Shown here piece by piece: positions 17,512 to 27,758 of a DNA stretch of 49,036 bases. Position numbers and translations under genes: made by a program. How positions within the stretch are numbered: the stretch's first letter is position 1; every line of letters starts with the position of its first letter. The DNA is from Candidatus Saccharimonadota bacterium (GTDB lineage: Bacteria; Patescibacteriota; Saccharimonadia; Saccharimonadales; OFTM59): NCBI GenBank assembly GCA_029260875.1, contig JAJDCL010000001.1, positions 1-49,036 of the forward strand. Reading direction: 5' to 3'. The notes under the pieces are model-generated. The model searched no databases, was not told the DNA's origin, and saw nothing but the letters and a program-made list of their open reading frames with translations.

Positions 17512-17595
17512 GTCTATATTATAACATACTTGTAAATATATTCCACTAGCTGGTCGGGGTAACAATGCTCATGTTCCTATGCGATAATTATAGCG

Positions 17596-18273
17596 ATGGA
17601 TAGTGTAATGAATATTGTTGCTCTTATTGCTCCGGTAATTATTATTGCCATTTTTGTCTTGCCCTTTACGGTTTCTTTGCTACGCAACCGAGGTCTTATG
17701 GGGCTAGCGATTATCTTCGTACTTACAAACTACACTTTGGCGGTTATGGCGCTTGCGGCTAAGACCGGCCTACCGTACGGTCGGTTTTTTTATGATAGCG
17801 CGCTTGGTTATAAATTGTTCGGCGTTGTCCCGTGGCTAGTAGTCATTACTTATCCCTCGCTTTTAATGGCTATATTCTGGCTGGCGAGCAAGTTTACGTT
17901 TGGTGCTGGTCGCATCGTCTTAGCGACATTGTTTGGCACGTTGGCTGGGCTTATGCTGGACCCTGTAATGGTAAAGCTGGAGCTATGGCAGTGGGAAAGC
18001 CCGGGGACTTTTTACGGTGTGCCATTTATAAGTTTTGCTGGCTGGGCTGTTACATCGCTGGTTGGAGCTACTTTGCTGCACATGCTATGGGGCAAGGAAA
18101 CTCCGGTTACAAGGGGGGCTGCCTATAGTGGTTTGTTATTTGTACTGTTTTGGACTGGAGCGAATGTAGGCGTAAGGCAATGGGTTCCAGCAGCGATAGG
18201 CGGTGTTGTTGGCGGGTTGATGCTGATGTTGGCTGGAATTGAAAGCTGGGCCAACAGGCGCGAAGTAAGCTAA
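17596..18273 (+). CDS. Carotenoid biosynthesis protein family (CruF/DUF422-like)
   Basis: TGLPYGRFFY..LGYKLFGVVP, LDPVMV..WQW, GVPFISFAGW. Confidence 0.75.
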   Translation: MDSVMNIVALIAPVIIIAIFVLPFTVSLLRNRGLMGLAIIFVLTNYTLAVMALAAKTGLPYGRFFYDSALGYKLFGVVPWLVVITYPSLLMAIFWLASKFTFGAGRIVLATLFGTLAGLMLDPVMVKLELWQWESPGTFYGVPFISFAGWAVTSLVGATLLHMLWGKETPVTRGAAYSGLLFVLFWTGANVGVRQWVPAAIGGVVGGLMLMLAGIESWANRREVS

Positions 18274-18325
18274 CCGTACGACACCACCAATATTATCGTC
18301 TGCTTATATACTGCGCGTAGAAGAC

Positions 18326-19423
18326 CTACTCCCAGCGGAACACCCTAAAAGCAATAAAGTAGATTACTAAGGTCCAAACACCGATAACAGCCAATTGAGG
18401 GCCTAGGTCAAGTAGTGTTTTGCCTTCTGTCAGGATCATTCTGAGCCCATCCACAATAGGGGTCAACGGGACAAACTGCGTTATATTCTGCAGCCAGCCT
18501 GGCATCAAAAATGTTGGGAAGAAAATACCTGACAAAAACATCATTGGCAAAGTCAATATCTGCGTCAGTGGAGCTGCTTGGTTAGCGTCTTTGGCCCATC
18601 CCGCAATCGCCATACCAAAGCCAAAGATACAAACGGTGCCGATGATAGTAAATAGAGTAAAGTTGAAATAATCGCCCCGCATATTGAAATCAAATATCAG
18701 TAGAGCGGCAATGAACAGAAACGCTACGGATATCATGCCAACAAAAATACGGTTGAGCGCGGTCGCCATAATTAGCTGCCAAGCACGTATCGGAGCGACC
18801 CTCATACGCCTGAGAGCGCCTGTTTTCTTATCAACAGTAAAGCCTTCACTCATACTGAATATGCCAAGCCCCAAGATTGAAAACCCGAGCAAGCCAGCTA
18901 ATGTGTAATCAAAACGCGTAAGATTAGCGGTTTGAATCGGTTTAGACTCTTGCGTAAGTGGTTTTTCTACCCGAACAAACTCAGCATTAATTCTGTCCAA
19001 AACTCCTTGCAGTACGGCGTTAAAGCTTGCCGATAATTGCTCATCGCCAGGGTCATAATAGGTTATCAGCTTACCGCTAGGATGTTGGTTTTCGTTTAGG
19101 ATTCCGAAGCTTTCTGGCAGCTCTAATATGGCATCAAACTCACCGCGTCCTAACTTTTCTTTGGCAGAGTCAAAATCAGTTTCTGTAAACTTGAAGACTT
19201 CCCCTTTTTTGGTTTCTTCAATAAATGTTTTTGAGAACTCTGTATCTGATTTATTAATCAGCGCGACCTTGAAGCTAGGCGAATCGTTACCGCCAAAAAT
19301 AAAGCCAAATATGACAAGGAATATCAGCGGGAAAACAAGCGTAAAAAACAGTGCAATTTTGTCACGGAAAAAGCGTAGCGTGAACAGTTTAGTCATAATC
19401 CAGACTGCTTTTAGGTCTTTCAT
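18326..19423 (-). CDS. ABC-2 type transporter permease
   Basis: FFRDK..FFTLVFPL, LPMMFLSGIFFP..MPGWLQ..PLT. Confidence 0.9.
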   Translation of the reverse strand: MKDLKAVWIMTKLFTLRFFRDKIALFFTLVFPLIFLVIFGFIFGGNDSPSFKVALINKSDTEFSKTFIEETKKGEVFKFTETDFDSAKEKLGRGEFDAILELPESFGILNENQHPSGKLITYYDPGDEQLSASFNAVLQGVLDRINAEFVRVEKPLTQESKPIQTANLTRFDYTLAGLLGFSILGLGIFSMSEGFTVDKKTGALRRMRVAPIRAWQLIMATALNRIFVGMISVAFLFIAALLIFDFNMRGDYFNFTLFTIIGTVCIFGFGMAIAGWAKDANQAAPLTQILTLPMMFLSGIFFPTFLMPGWLQNITQFVPLTPIVDGLRMILTEGKTLLDLGPQLAVIGVWTLVIYFIAFRVFRWE

Positions 19424-19425
19424 AA

Positions 19426-20184
19426 TTACTCCCTTAGGTCCTTTCCGGTCAGGTCAATAAATACGTCTTCAAGGTCAGCTTGCTGGACTTCGGCCTTTTT
19501 CTTAAAGCCCTTTTTGAGTAAAGCTTTGATAAGGTTGTTTGGCGTATCAAGAGCGATGATCTTGCCGTTATCCATGATTGCCACACGGTCGCACAGCAGT
19601 TGAGCCTCTTCCATATAATGTGTGGTCAGAACAATAGTTATACCTGTTTTTTGAATAGTCTGTACCAGCTCCCACAGGTTACGGCGGGCTTGGGGGTCTA
19701 GCCCAGTTGTCGGCTCGTCCAAGAACAAAACTTTTGGCTTATTGACCAAGGCCGATGCCACGCTGAATCGCTGGCGCTGGCCACCAGACAATGTGTCCAC
19801 GGTGCTCTTAGCTTTGTCTTTTAAATTGACCATCTCGAGTAGTTTATAAGGATGAACTGTTCGGTGATACATACCACCGAACATCGTCAGCAATTCCACT
19901 AGGGTTAATTGATTAAAGAAGTTGGTACTTTGTAGCTGCACGCCGATTATTTCTTTGATGTGATGAGGATTCTGGCTTACGTCTATACCGTCTAGTGTGG
20001 CGGTGCCGCCATCAATCGGTCTCAGCGCTTCAATCATCTCTAGCGTAGTAGTTTTGCCTGCACCATTTGGACCAAGGATGCCAAAGACCTCACCCTTTTG
20101 GACATCAAAATCAATACCCTTAACGGTCGTTTTTTTGCCGTACTTCTTAGTCAACCCCCGGACCTCTAGGATAGCCTCTGTCAT
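19426..20184 (-). CDS. ABC transporter ATP-binding protein
   Basis: GPNGAGKTT, LSGGQ, FLDEPTTGLD, TTH. Confidence 0.95.
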   Translation of the reverse strand: MTEAILEVRGLTKKYGKKTTVKGIDFDVQKGEVFGILGPNGAGKTTTLEMIEALRPIDGGTATLDGIDVSQNPHHIKEIIGVQLQSTNFFNQLTLVELLTMFGGMYHRTVHPYKLLEMVNLKDKAKSTVDTLSGGQRQRFSVASALVNKPKVLFLDEPTTGLDPQARRNLWELVQTIQKTGITIVLTTHYMEEAQLLCDRVAIMDNGKIIALDTPNNLIKALLKKGFKKKAEVQQADLEDVFIDLTGKDLRE

Positions 20185-20220
20185 ATAGAGACATATTATA
20201 ACTCAGACCCTGGAATGGAC

Positions 20221-20254
20221 AAAAATAAAACCGCCCCGATTGCTCGGAGCGGTT
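20221..20254 (-). terminator. Intrinsic terminator
   Basis: Minus strand AACCGCTCCGA-GCAA-TCGGGGCGGTT-TTATTTTT. Confidence 0.8.
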
Positions 20255-20275
20255 ACTTTGCTTTTTAGCTTTTAA

Positions 20276-20470
20276 CTACTTACGCTTGACTGTCAAGAAA
20301 CCGTTACGTGGGTTTTCGTTAACTGTCATGCCTGCTGGCAAGTCAGAAGCCTCTGGGCGCTGGTCCTTGCTGAAGTAGTAAATAGTTTGTTCTTTGCCGC
20401 CACGAAGCGTAACAGCTTTTGAATTTAGGTAATATGTTACCCCTTTGGAATTTGTGTGCTTGTATGCCAT
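20276..20470 (-). CDS. Small basic hypothetical protein, 64 aa
   Basis: MAYKHTNSKGVTYYLNSKAVTLRGGKEQTIYYFSKD...NPRNGFLTVKRK; RBS GAGGGAG puts the start at 20470. Confidence 0.8.
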   Translation of the reverse strand: MAYKHTNSKGVTYYLNSKAVTLRGGKEQTIYYFSKDQRPEASDLPAGMTVNENPRNGFLTVKRK

Positions 20471-20709
20471 TGCTGAAATCTCCCTCTCTCTTGAATTTGT
20501 AATGGTACCCCTAACATACTCTCGGATATTTCCCCTTGTCAACAACTTTTAATCTGCAGGGTCACACTAATATGGTGACTACCCCTGTTAATGATCGTAG
20601 TGAAAAATGTTGTGGAGAAGAATCATCAACGAGATGTTGCAAGATAACACGCTTATGTATTACACTGGTCAGAGTAAAGAAATCTAAATATAAAGGTGGA
20701 GTTCACACT

Positions 20710-21321
20710 ATGGAATTCATGAATCGCAGTAATCAACAGGTGCAACAAACACACGCACCGGCACCAACAGGGGTACCTTCTGGCCCGCGTGGCCGCGGAA
20801 GAGGCTTGAATGCTTTTAAGGGTTTGCGCATTGCTTCAGTCGTGCTTCTTTTTGCAACAACCATATTAATAGTGGCGCTTGTATGGCTAGTAATGAGAGG
20901 AAACGTCGGCAACAATAGAGAAGCGCAGTACATCCAAAATGACCGCTTGCAAGCCGTTTTCTTAAATGGTGGGCAGGTCTATTTTGGCAAAATACAAGAC
21001 CTTAACAGTAAGTATCTTAGAATGACTGATATTTTCTATCTGCGAGTTAATCAAGTTGTACAGCCAGACCAACAAAGCACTCAGCAAGCCCAGCAGAATG
21101 ACATATCCCTCGTAAAGCTAGGTTGTGAATTACATCGTCCGTCTAATGACATGCTTATAAACCGCGAACATGTCATCTTCTGGGAGAACCTAAAAGAAGA
21201 GGATGGTGAAAACACTGTTCCAGGTGCAGTTAAAAAATACATGGCACAGTACCCCGAAGGTCAAGAGTGTCAGGAGCCAACGCAACAAGGCGACAACAAC
21301 CAAACCAACACCGATAACTAG
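20710..21321 (+). CDS. Conserved CPR-type single-TM hypothetical protein
   Basis: QAVFLNGGQVYFGK...DIFYL...LVKLGCELHRP...FWENLK; RBS before ATG 20710. Confidence 0.8.
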   Translation: MEFMNRSNQQVQQTHAPAPTGVPSGPRGRGRGLNAFKGLRIASVVLLFATTILIVALVWLVMRGNVGNNREAQYIQNDRLQAVFLNGGQVYFGKIQDLNSKYLRMTDIFYLRVNQVVQPDQQSTQQAQQNDISLVKLGCELHRPSNDMLINREHVIFWENLKEEDGENTVPGAVKKYMAQYPEGQECQEPTQQGDNNQTNTDN

Positions 21322-21342
21322 AGATAGCTATTGTGTATAGGG

Positions 21343-21382
21343 TAAACACCCGTAGCCAAAAAGGTTGCGGGTGTTTAGTTTT
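21343..21382 (+). terminator. Intrinsic terminator, likely bidirectional
   Basis: TAAACACCCGTAGCC-AAAAA-GGTTGCGGGTGTTTA-GTTTT between convergent genes. Confidence 0.75.
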
Positions 21383-21409
21383 GCCCGTAGATACTATACG
21401 GACTAATCG

Positions 21410-22015
21410 TTAGTCTAGTTGGGTTTTGAGCCAACGCTCCAGGCTAAACCGAAGAATAAACAACATGAAGAATACCGCGCTTACCAATATGCTCCACCCG
21501 GCCAGATCTGGCGACCAAAATGGCGAAACAAAATCATATTGGTAAAGCTCTTTTGGGACTACTTGGCGTTCCGTAGCGCTGTTTTGGGTTATATATTCTT
21601 GTACGCATTGGGCGCGAGCCTGTATCTGGCCGGCTGGAAAACGTGCCTCACAGATGCGAACAGCATCCGCTGAGACTTTTTCGTTAGTCGTAGCTACTCG
21701 TGCGCGCTCCCCAGCCACTAATCGCTCATATGTTTTGGCCAGTTGAATCGGAGGGTGAATTGCGTTATCGCCACTAGTTAAATCGGTGTTCATGTGACTA
21801 TAGACGTGCTTACGCAGAGTCTGCAGAGCCTCTTCAACCCCCTCGCCGGACTCGTCCGCTGTATGTACTGCCTCTCGCAAACGCACCATTTCTAGGTTAT
21901 TCTGACGCAGTGCCGAGATCGCTATTAACCCAGCAACAATAAAAACTATCAAAAAGTACCAGTAACTTACTGGTCTGAGTTTGACCCAGAGATGGTGCAG
22001 TTTTCGTTTATTCAT
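21410..22015 (-). CDS. Hypothetical membrane protein (2 TM)
   Basis: TM, periplasmic domain with a Cys pair, TM (FVSPFWSPDLAGW). Confidence 0.75.
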   Translation of the reverse strand: MNKRKLHHLWVKLRPVSYWYFLIVFIVAGLIAISALRQNNLEMVRLREAVHTADESGEGVEEALQTLRKHVYSHMNTDLTSGDNAIHPPIQLAKTYERLVAGERARVATTNEKVSADAVRICEARFPAGQIQARAQCVQEYITQNSATERQVVPKELYQYDFVSPFWSPDLAGWSILVSAVFFMLFILRFSLERWLKTQLD

Positions 22016-22056
22016 CTTGCTTACGATTATGCCACATCTGGTGCTAGACTGATACT

Positions 22057-23361
22057 ATGCACATCTTTTTCAGCGGGATAGGAGGCACAGCCATCGGACC
22101 TTTGGCGCTAATCGCTAAACAAGCCGGTCATGCAATTTCCGGTTCTGACAGCCAGCCTTCGCAGTATATTAACTACTTGCGCTCTAAGGGGCTACTAGAC
22201 ATACACATCGGCCAGAGCAAAGATCAAATTGCCCATATCCATGAAGAAAGCCCTATTGATTGGTTTGTGCGGTCATCTGCTGTACCAAACGACTCCCCTG
22301 AGCTTTTGTATTGTAAAGAGCAAGGCATCAAGACAAGCAAGCGCGACGAACTGCTAAACCAGATAATTGATGACAAGAAATTAAAGTTATTAGCCATAGC
22401 TGGCACGCATGGTAAAACTACTACAACCGCCATGGTTATCTGGCTGTTCCAGCAGCTCGGCATACCTATAAGCTACTCTGTAGGAGCAAAAATCAGTTTT
22501 GGAGATATGGGGCAGTATGTTGCCGGCTCAAAGTATTTCGTGTACGAGTGCGACGAGTTTGATCGTAACTTTTTGGCTTTTAGACCATATATTAGCATGA
22601 TCGCCGGTGTGTCCTGGGACCATCACGAAATATTTCCTACGCGAGAAGATTATCAGCTTGCGTTCCGGGAGTTCATTGAGCAGAGTGGCCACACCATCTT
22701 ATGGCGCGAAGATTTTGACTATCTCGGCATGAAGCGGGCAGACCACTTGACCGTCTTAGAAGGTGGTGCCGATGAGCAAGAATTGACTGGAATCGCCGGG
22801 TTTTATAATCGTCTGGACGCTTGGCTGGCTTCTAGTGCGCTTTCTCGGATAACCGGTAAGCCCACAGGCGAAATCGCTAAGCTGATGGCCGATTTTCCTG
22901 GGCTGCAACGGCGCATGGAGCTTATTATTCCTAACCTATACAGTGACTATGCCCATACGCCAGATAAAATCCGTGGTGCTATGAGCACCGCGCTAGAAAT
23001 GGCCACAAAGAACAACCAAGACCTAGTGGTGGTCTACGAGCCCCTGACCAACCGTAGGCAGCACTACCTAATGAAAGATTACAAAGACTGTTTTGCTGGC
23101 GCTAAGAGGGTTTATTGGCTACCTAGCTACCTGGCGCGTGAAGACCCTTCAGAGCGCCTTATAACGCCTGAAGAACTTATAGGTTATTTGGATGATCCGT
23201 CTATAGCTGAAGCCCATGAGCGTAACGATGATCTAAAGCAAACAATTCAACGTCATCTAGACCAAGGCGACATGGTAGTAGCCATGGCCGGAGGCGGCGG
23301 CAACTCCCTAGACGAATGGCTCAGAGAAAACTTCTCTGCCCGTCTAATTCACCCCGAGTAA
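22057..23361 (+). CDS. murC: Mur ligase, UDP-N-acetylmuramate--L-alanine ligase-like
   Basis: GIGGTAI, AGTHGKTTTT, ECDEFD, WDH, GLQRRME, SDYAHTP. Confidence 0.85.
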   Translation: MHIFFSGIGGTAIGPLALIAKQAGHAISGSDSQPSQYINYLRSKGLLDIHIGQSKDQIAHIHEESPIDWFVRSSAVPNDSPELLYCKEQGIKTSKRDELLNQIIDDKKLKLLAIAGTHGKTTTTAMVIWLFQQLGIPISYSVGAKISFGDMGQYVAGSKYFVYECDEFDRNFLAFRPYISMIAGVSWDHHEIFPTREDYQLAFREFIEQSGHTILWREDFDYLGMKRADHLTVLEGGADEQELTGIAGFYNRLDAWLASSALSRITGKPTGEIAKLMADFPGLQRRMELIIPNLYSDYAHTPDKIRGAMSTALEMATKNNQDLVVVYEPLTNRRQHYLMKDYKDCFAGAKRVYWLPSYLAREDPSERLITPEELIGYLDDPSIAEAHERNDDLKQTIQRHLDQGDMVVAMAGGGGNSLDEWLRENFSARLIHPE

Positions 23362-23694
23362 TGCTCCATAAAAATCTCACGTGTTTCAGGCTTGAGCTAT
23401 TTTTGGCGCACTCACGCGCAGCACAAGCTAACCGTATTGTTTGTATCTCCAGCCTCTGGAAGCTCCTGATGAGTGAGTGCCAAAAGCACAATTTATAGTG
23501 AGGGGGTGTTTAAGCCATTCCACCCCAAGTATTTAAGGAGGTGGTGAGTTACCCGAGCATTGTGGGTTTTGACAATGAACTCATAAAGAGCTGGAAGCGG
23601 CTGTCAGTTTTGATGCAATCTTTTGCTGGTACAAAAGAGTGCTCGTGTTGCGGCACGAAAGCTGCATTTTAAGAGTTATAACTATGGACAAAAA

Positions 23695-24789
23695 CTAATT
23701 CTTTTGGGCGTATTTGGTGATATATTCTTCAACCAGCTCACGCGCCCTACGGTCTTCAATCTGCTTAGGCGGATGCTTCTTAAAGAATGCTGCTGGCTCA
23801 ACAATAGCGCCCTTCAGCCCGTTGTCTAGCGCTAGCTGCATGCAGCGGATTGAATCAATCGCAACACCAGCAGAATTAGGCGAATCCTCCACAGAAAGAC
23901 GTAGCTCAAGGTTCATAGGCACGTCACCAAAATGCTTGCTCTGCATGCGAATGTAACAGACTTTGTTGTCCTTTAGCCAAGGCACGAAATCACTTGGGCC
24001 TACGTGCACATTCTCGTCTATTACTTCGTGCCCACGCGCAGTCATCATAGATGTGACAGCCTCTGTCTTAGAAATCTTCTTACTTACCAAACGCTCGCGT
24101 TCTAGCATGTTCAAAAAGTCTGTATTGCCACCTACATTGAGCTGATAGGTGTGTTCGATCTTCATGCCACGGTCCAGGAAAAGGTTAGTGAGCGCCCTAT
24201 GAACAATAGTAGCGCCAACTTGCGCTTTGATGTCGTCACCAATCACTGGCAGTCCTGCATCTTCAAACCTCTTTGCCCATACCGGATCAGATGCAATGAA
24301 TACCGGTATGCAGTTAACAAAACCACAGCGCGCGTCAATTGCTGCTTGAGCGTAGAGCTCAGTAGCTTCCTGAGAGCCAACCGGCAAATAGTTGATAACT
24401 ATCTGTGCGCCAGAGTCCTTTAGTACCTGCACAACATCTACCTCTGGAGCATCGGATATAGGGACTACTGGCTCGGTGTATTTGTTAACACCGTCCAGTC
24501 TTGGCCCACGAGAAACCTTAACCCCCATATTTGGCACCTGTGCGAATACAGCAGTGTTGTTCGGCGCGGCATAGATAGCCTCTGACACATCCTTGCCCAC
24601 TTTGTCTGCGTTTACGTCAAATGCAGCCACAACTTCTACGTCGCGCAAATGGTACCCACCGAAGTTAACATGCATGACACCCGGAACAAACTCGTCGTCT
24701 GTGGCATCCTTATAGTAATGAATCCCTTGTATAAGGGATGAGGCGCAGTTGCCAACGCCTACAATAGCGACCCTAATTTTCTTAGACAT
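23695..24789 (-). CDS. ino1: Inositol-3-phosphate synthase
   Basis: [44 protein letters not shown]. Confidence 0.95.
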   Translation of the reverse strand: MSKKIRVAIVGVGNCASSLIQGIHYYKDATDDEFVPGVMHVNFGGYHLRDVEVVAAFDVNADKVGKDVSEAIYAAPNNTAVFAQVPNMGVKVSRGPRLDGVNKYTEPVVPISDAPEVDVVQVLKDSGAQIVINYLPVGSQEATELYAQAAIDARCGFVNCIPVFIASDPVWAKRFEDAGLPVIGDDIKAQVGATIVHRALTNLFLDRGMKIEHTYQLNVGGNTDFLNMLERERLVSKKISKTEAVTSMMTARGHEVIDENVHVGPSDFVPWLKDNKVCYIRMQSKHFGDVPMNLELRLSVEDSPNSAGVAIDSIRCMQLALDNGLKGAIVEPAAFFKKHPPKQIEDRRARELVEEYITKYAQKN

Positions 24790-24875
24790 GATTAAATTGC
24801 CTCTTTATTAAATGCCGTTATTGGCATTTTTACTCGTACTAATTATACACCAAATCGGATTGAGTCAAATATCAC

Positions 24876-25328
24876 CTAGGGCACGGGTTTCGCGTCAGAC
24901 CACCCAAACTCACTGTAAGTATTGCCTGCATTAATCTGTTCAATTGCAAATCTTATATAGTCTACGGTGTTTTTGGGTAAATTATTAATGTTCAGCCAGA
25001 CAATTTCAGAATGCTTGTTCGGTTCAGCATTGATTGGCTCCCCCACCCACTTATCGCTCTCAAAGAATGCGTCAACTCTTACATGATCCCCGCAATTGCG
25101 GTGCATGGTATGAACCTGCCTTAATGTATCAGGGCTAATCTGTAGCCCAGTTTCTTCAAAAACTTCACGCGCACCAGCCACCGAAAAACTTTCCATATCT
25201 TCAACATGACCAGACGGCAACCCATACAAGCCATCCATATAACCTGTGTGGCTGCGCTTTAAAAATAATACTAAACTTCCCTTTCTAAATATAATGTAAG
25301 ACGATGGTACGTTGCATCTGCCGCTCAT
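24876..25328 (-). CDS. NUDIX hydrolase
   Basis: GHVEDMESFSVAGAREVFEETG Nudix box. Confidence 0.9.
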   Translation of the reverse strand: MSGRCNVPSSYIIFRKGSLVLFLKRSHTGYMDGLYGLPSGHVEDMESFSVAGAREVFEETGLQISPDTLRQVHTMHRNCGDHVRVDAFFESDKWVGEPINAEPNKHSEIVWLNINNLPKNTVDYIRFAIEQINAGNTYSEFGWSDAKPVP

Positions 25329-25657
25329 CGGTTGTCCCCGCCGCCTTTTAAAACGCCCCGTCTTTGTCTGTCAGCCAACTTATCAACATTTAGCTGCATT
25401 ACTTCGTCAAACGACAGCCCTAAGCTATCAGCTAGTACGGCAATATACCAGACGACGTCGCCCAGCTCTTTTTTAAGCTCTCCAAGGTCTTCGTCACTAA
25501 TTTTGCCATCCTTGTAGGCTACGATCTTCTTCCATTTTTCTACGACTTCACCGGCTTCACCGGCAACTCCCATGACCCAGACTGTTTTATTCATAAGCGC
25601 GTCAGGGTGCGGTACGCGAGTTGTTAGAGCCAGTTTCTGATATTCATCAAATGTCAC
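25325..25657 (-). CDS. MazG-like NTP pyrophosphohydrolase
   Basis: GEAGEV...ELGDVVWY...NVDKL. Confidence 0.9.
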   Translation of the reverse strand: MTFDEYQKLALTTRVPHPDALMNKTVWVMGVAGEAGEVVEKWKKIVAYKDGKISDEDLGELKKELGDVVWYIAVLADSLGLSFDEVMQLNVDKLADRQRRGVLKGGGDNR

Positions 25658-25717
25658 ACCATAAGTTTCGCACCGTAGCAGCCGGCTGTCTAGCTAAGCC
25701 AGCCATTCCACTGCTCC

Positions 25718-25817
25718 TTTTGGCGTGTTACTGTGTCAATAATTCCAGTGCTCGTTCACCGTACTGCTCTGTACGGCTCACTCCGCGATTCATTATTTCC
25801 TTGTCCCGCACTCAAAA
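25718..25817. repeat. About 100-bp imperfect palindrome (REP/MITE-like)
   Basis: Nested symmetric arms TTTTG...CAAAA, AATAAT...ATTATT, CCGTAC-TGCTCT-GTACGG. Confidence 0.6.
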
Positions 25818-25825
25818 TGCAAATC

Positions 25826-26413
25826 TTATGTGATAACAATGCCTGTTTCACTGATTTTAACAGCGCCTTCGCGCAAGACCTCAATAGCGTCATCTACGAC
25901 CCGAATGAGGGTAGAGGATTGACGACCACCTAAATCACCGCCGTCCACATAAAAATCAACCCTATCACCGAAGTATCCCTGGGCTTCGGTTAAAGTTTCT
26001 GCCGGAGCTTGCCCTGGATGATTAGCGCTTGTGGTCAAAAGCGGACCGGTTTGACTCAGTAAGTTTGTCACTTCCTTTTCGTCCGGGATTCTAGTCGCAA
26101 TACTGCCTTTACCTAAGTGAATATATTCCAGCCCATGCGACGGAATGATAATGCTAATAGGCCCTGGCCAGAACTGCTCAACAGCCTTTAGGTACCGTGC
26201 CTTAATGCCAAGCGACACCAGTTGAGCTGTATTGGCCGCGATCACTGTGCCTGGCTTATGCTCGCGGCTTTTTAAGCCATAAAGTCGTTTAACCGCTGGT
26301 TCATCTGCAGCTCGGCAAACTAGCCCGTAGACAGTATCTGTTGGCAACACACCAACATCACCTTTCATGAGTAGGTCAGCAACTTTTTGGTTGTCTAGTG
26401 AGTCAAAAATCAT
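25826..26413 (-). CDS. tsaC: L-threonylcarbamoyladenylate synthase (Sua5/YrdC)
   Basis: PTDTVYGL, KSR..KP, FWPGP, TTSAN. Confidence 0.92.
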   Translation of the reverse strand: MIFDSLDNQKVADLLMKGDVGVLPTDTVYGLVCRAADEPAVKRLYGLKSREHKPGTVIAANTAQLVSLGIKARYLKAVEQFWPGPISIIIPSHGLEYIHLGKGSIATRIPDEKEVTNLLSQTGPLLTTSANHPGQAPAETLTEAQGYFGDRVDFYVDGGDLGGRQSSTLIRVVDDAIEVLREGAVKISETGIVIT

Positions 26414-26490
26414 TCAGTCGTCAACTATTTTGTTCCCTGTTTATTCTACACAGTAGTTACTCTGGTGCAAATTTGTACTAGAATAAGTCA

Positions 26491-27186
26491 ATGGCAAGTT
26501 TAGTTTCTCCTATGGAGGCGCCACCCCAATTAGCAGTACCCGATGCTTTGAGCCGACAAAATAACTGCCTATTGCCTAGTTTAACGCCGGAAGTAATTAA
26601 TGAGTTAAGGGCACAGGGTTGGTACAGAATAGGTATAATGGCAGCCTTTGTTGACAGTTCCGGGAGAGTTATGATGCTAGAACATCGCGGGCGAGACAAA
26701 AATCCAGATGGAGTGCTAGGCCCTTTAGGGGAAACAACACGGAGCAGTGGAGCTATTATAGAACAACCCCTGGAAACACTTTTCCGAGGGATAACTGAAG
26801 AGCTCGGCGTCCAATCACCAGGCAGTCTTGATATTCATTTACATCCAAAGGATGGATGGGTAATTAACTCGTGGCCAGCCGGCGATAACTCCCCAGGACA
26901 ATTATCGTGCGCAATTTCTTTCCCTGTTCTTTTACCTGATCGGGTAAAAACAAGCCTTCTAACCCCCTTATGCAACACCGCAGAAGTACGCCGAGTACGC
27001 TTCATGACCCCTGAAGAAATTTTTAATACTCCGGATGGGGGTCTTCGGCCGGGTGTAAAGCCATGGCTTCAACAGCTAGACACTGCTAGACTACTTAATC
27101 CAGCCGAGTTCGGCACGTTAATTAAGCTATGCCCTGTCGGCGATTATAGCCCCTCATGGGGCGAAGACCTATGTGTTAACTCATGA
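26491..27186 (+). CDS. Divergent NUDIX-like protein
   Basis: GPLGET...ETLFRGITEELGV resembles a degenerate Nudix box. Confidence 0.55.
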   Translation: MASLVSPMEAPPQLAVPDALSRQNNCLLPSLTPEVINELRAQGWYRIGIMAAFVDSSGRVMMLEHRGRDKNPDGVLGPLGETTRSSGAIIEQPLETLFRGITEELGVQSPGSLDIHLHPKDGWVINSWPAGDNSPGQLSCAISFPVLLPDRVKTSLLTPLCNTAEVRRVRFMTPEEIFNTPDGGLRPGVKPWLQQLDTARLLNPAEFGTLIKLCPVGDYSPSWGEDLCVNS

Positions 27187-27758
27187 GTACCGTCTTAATG
27201 ATTACTGGTCCTTCGGGAATTGGTAAAACATACCTGACAGAACAACTGGTAAATCAATACCCGAGCCACTTTGAACCCCTCCGCTTATATACTACCCGTC
27301 CTGCTCGTGATAATGAGTATTTCACCGACAGGATTCATGTAACAAAATCCGAGTTCACTATGCGCTTTCAGAATGGTGATTTCTTTGTTGCCGATCAGTT
27401 TCATGGCAACTGGTATGGGTACTCAAAAAGGGCGCTTCGCAACAATCATAAAATTGTCGTGGGGAATACCTGGCCTGCTTTAATACCGAAGTTCATCCAT
27501 ATTCCTGGCCTATATTTAATAGGAATGACTCTTAACAATAACGGCGTAGAAATCCTAAAAAAGCGCATGATTGATAGGGGCGATTCACACAAAACTGTTC
27601 ATGAGCGCACCAAACTTATCAGCAAGGATGTGCAAGACCTAGAATCAGTAAGGCCTCTCATTGAAAAGTTCGGCAAAATCTTCAAGATTCTGGACAATAG
27701 TACCATACATGAGGATGTGATACCTTGGATAAAATCAAGTCTACTGAATGATGCTTAG
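27183..27758 (+). CDS. Guanylate kinase-like P-loop kinase
   Basis: GPSGIGKT, YTTRPAR, HGNWYG, RMIDRGD. Confidence 0.75.
   Translation: MSTVLMITGPSGIGKTYLTEQLVNQYPSHFEPLRLYTTRPARDNEYFTDRIHVTKSEFTMRFQNGDFFVADQFHGNWYGYSKRALRNNHKIVVGNTWPALIPKFIHIPGLYLIGMTLNNNGVEILKKRMIDRGDSHKTVHERTKLISKDVQDLESVRPLIEKFGKIFKILDNSTIHEDVIPWIKSSLLNDA

Noticed and set aside
23533-23672. 42-aa ORF with CSCCG after TAAGGAGGTG
   Set aside because: RBS-to-start spacing is too short and there is no other support; left uncalled.
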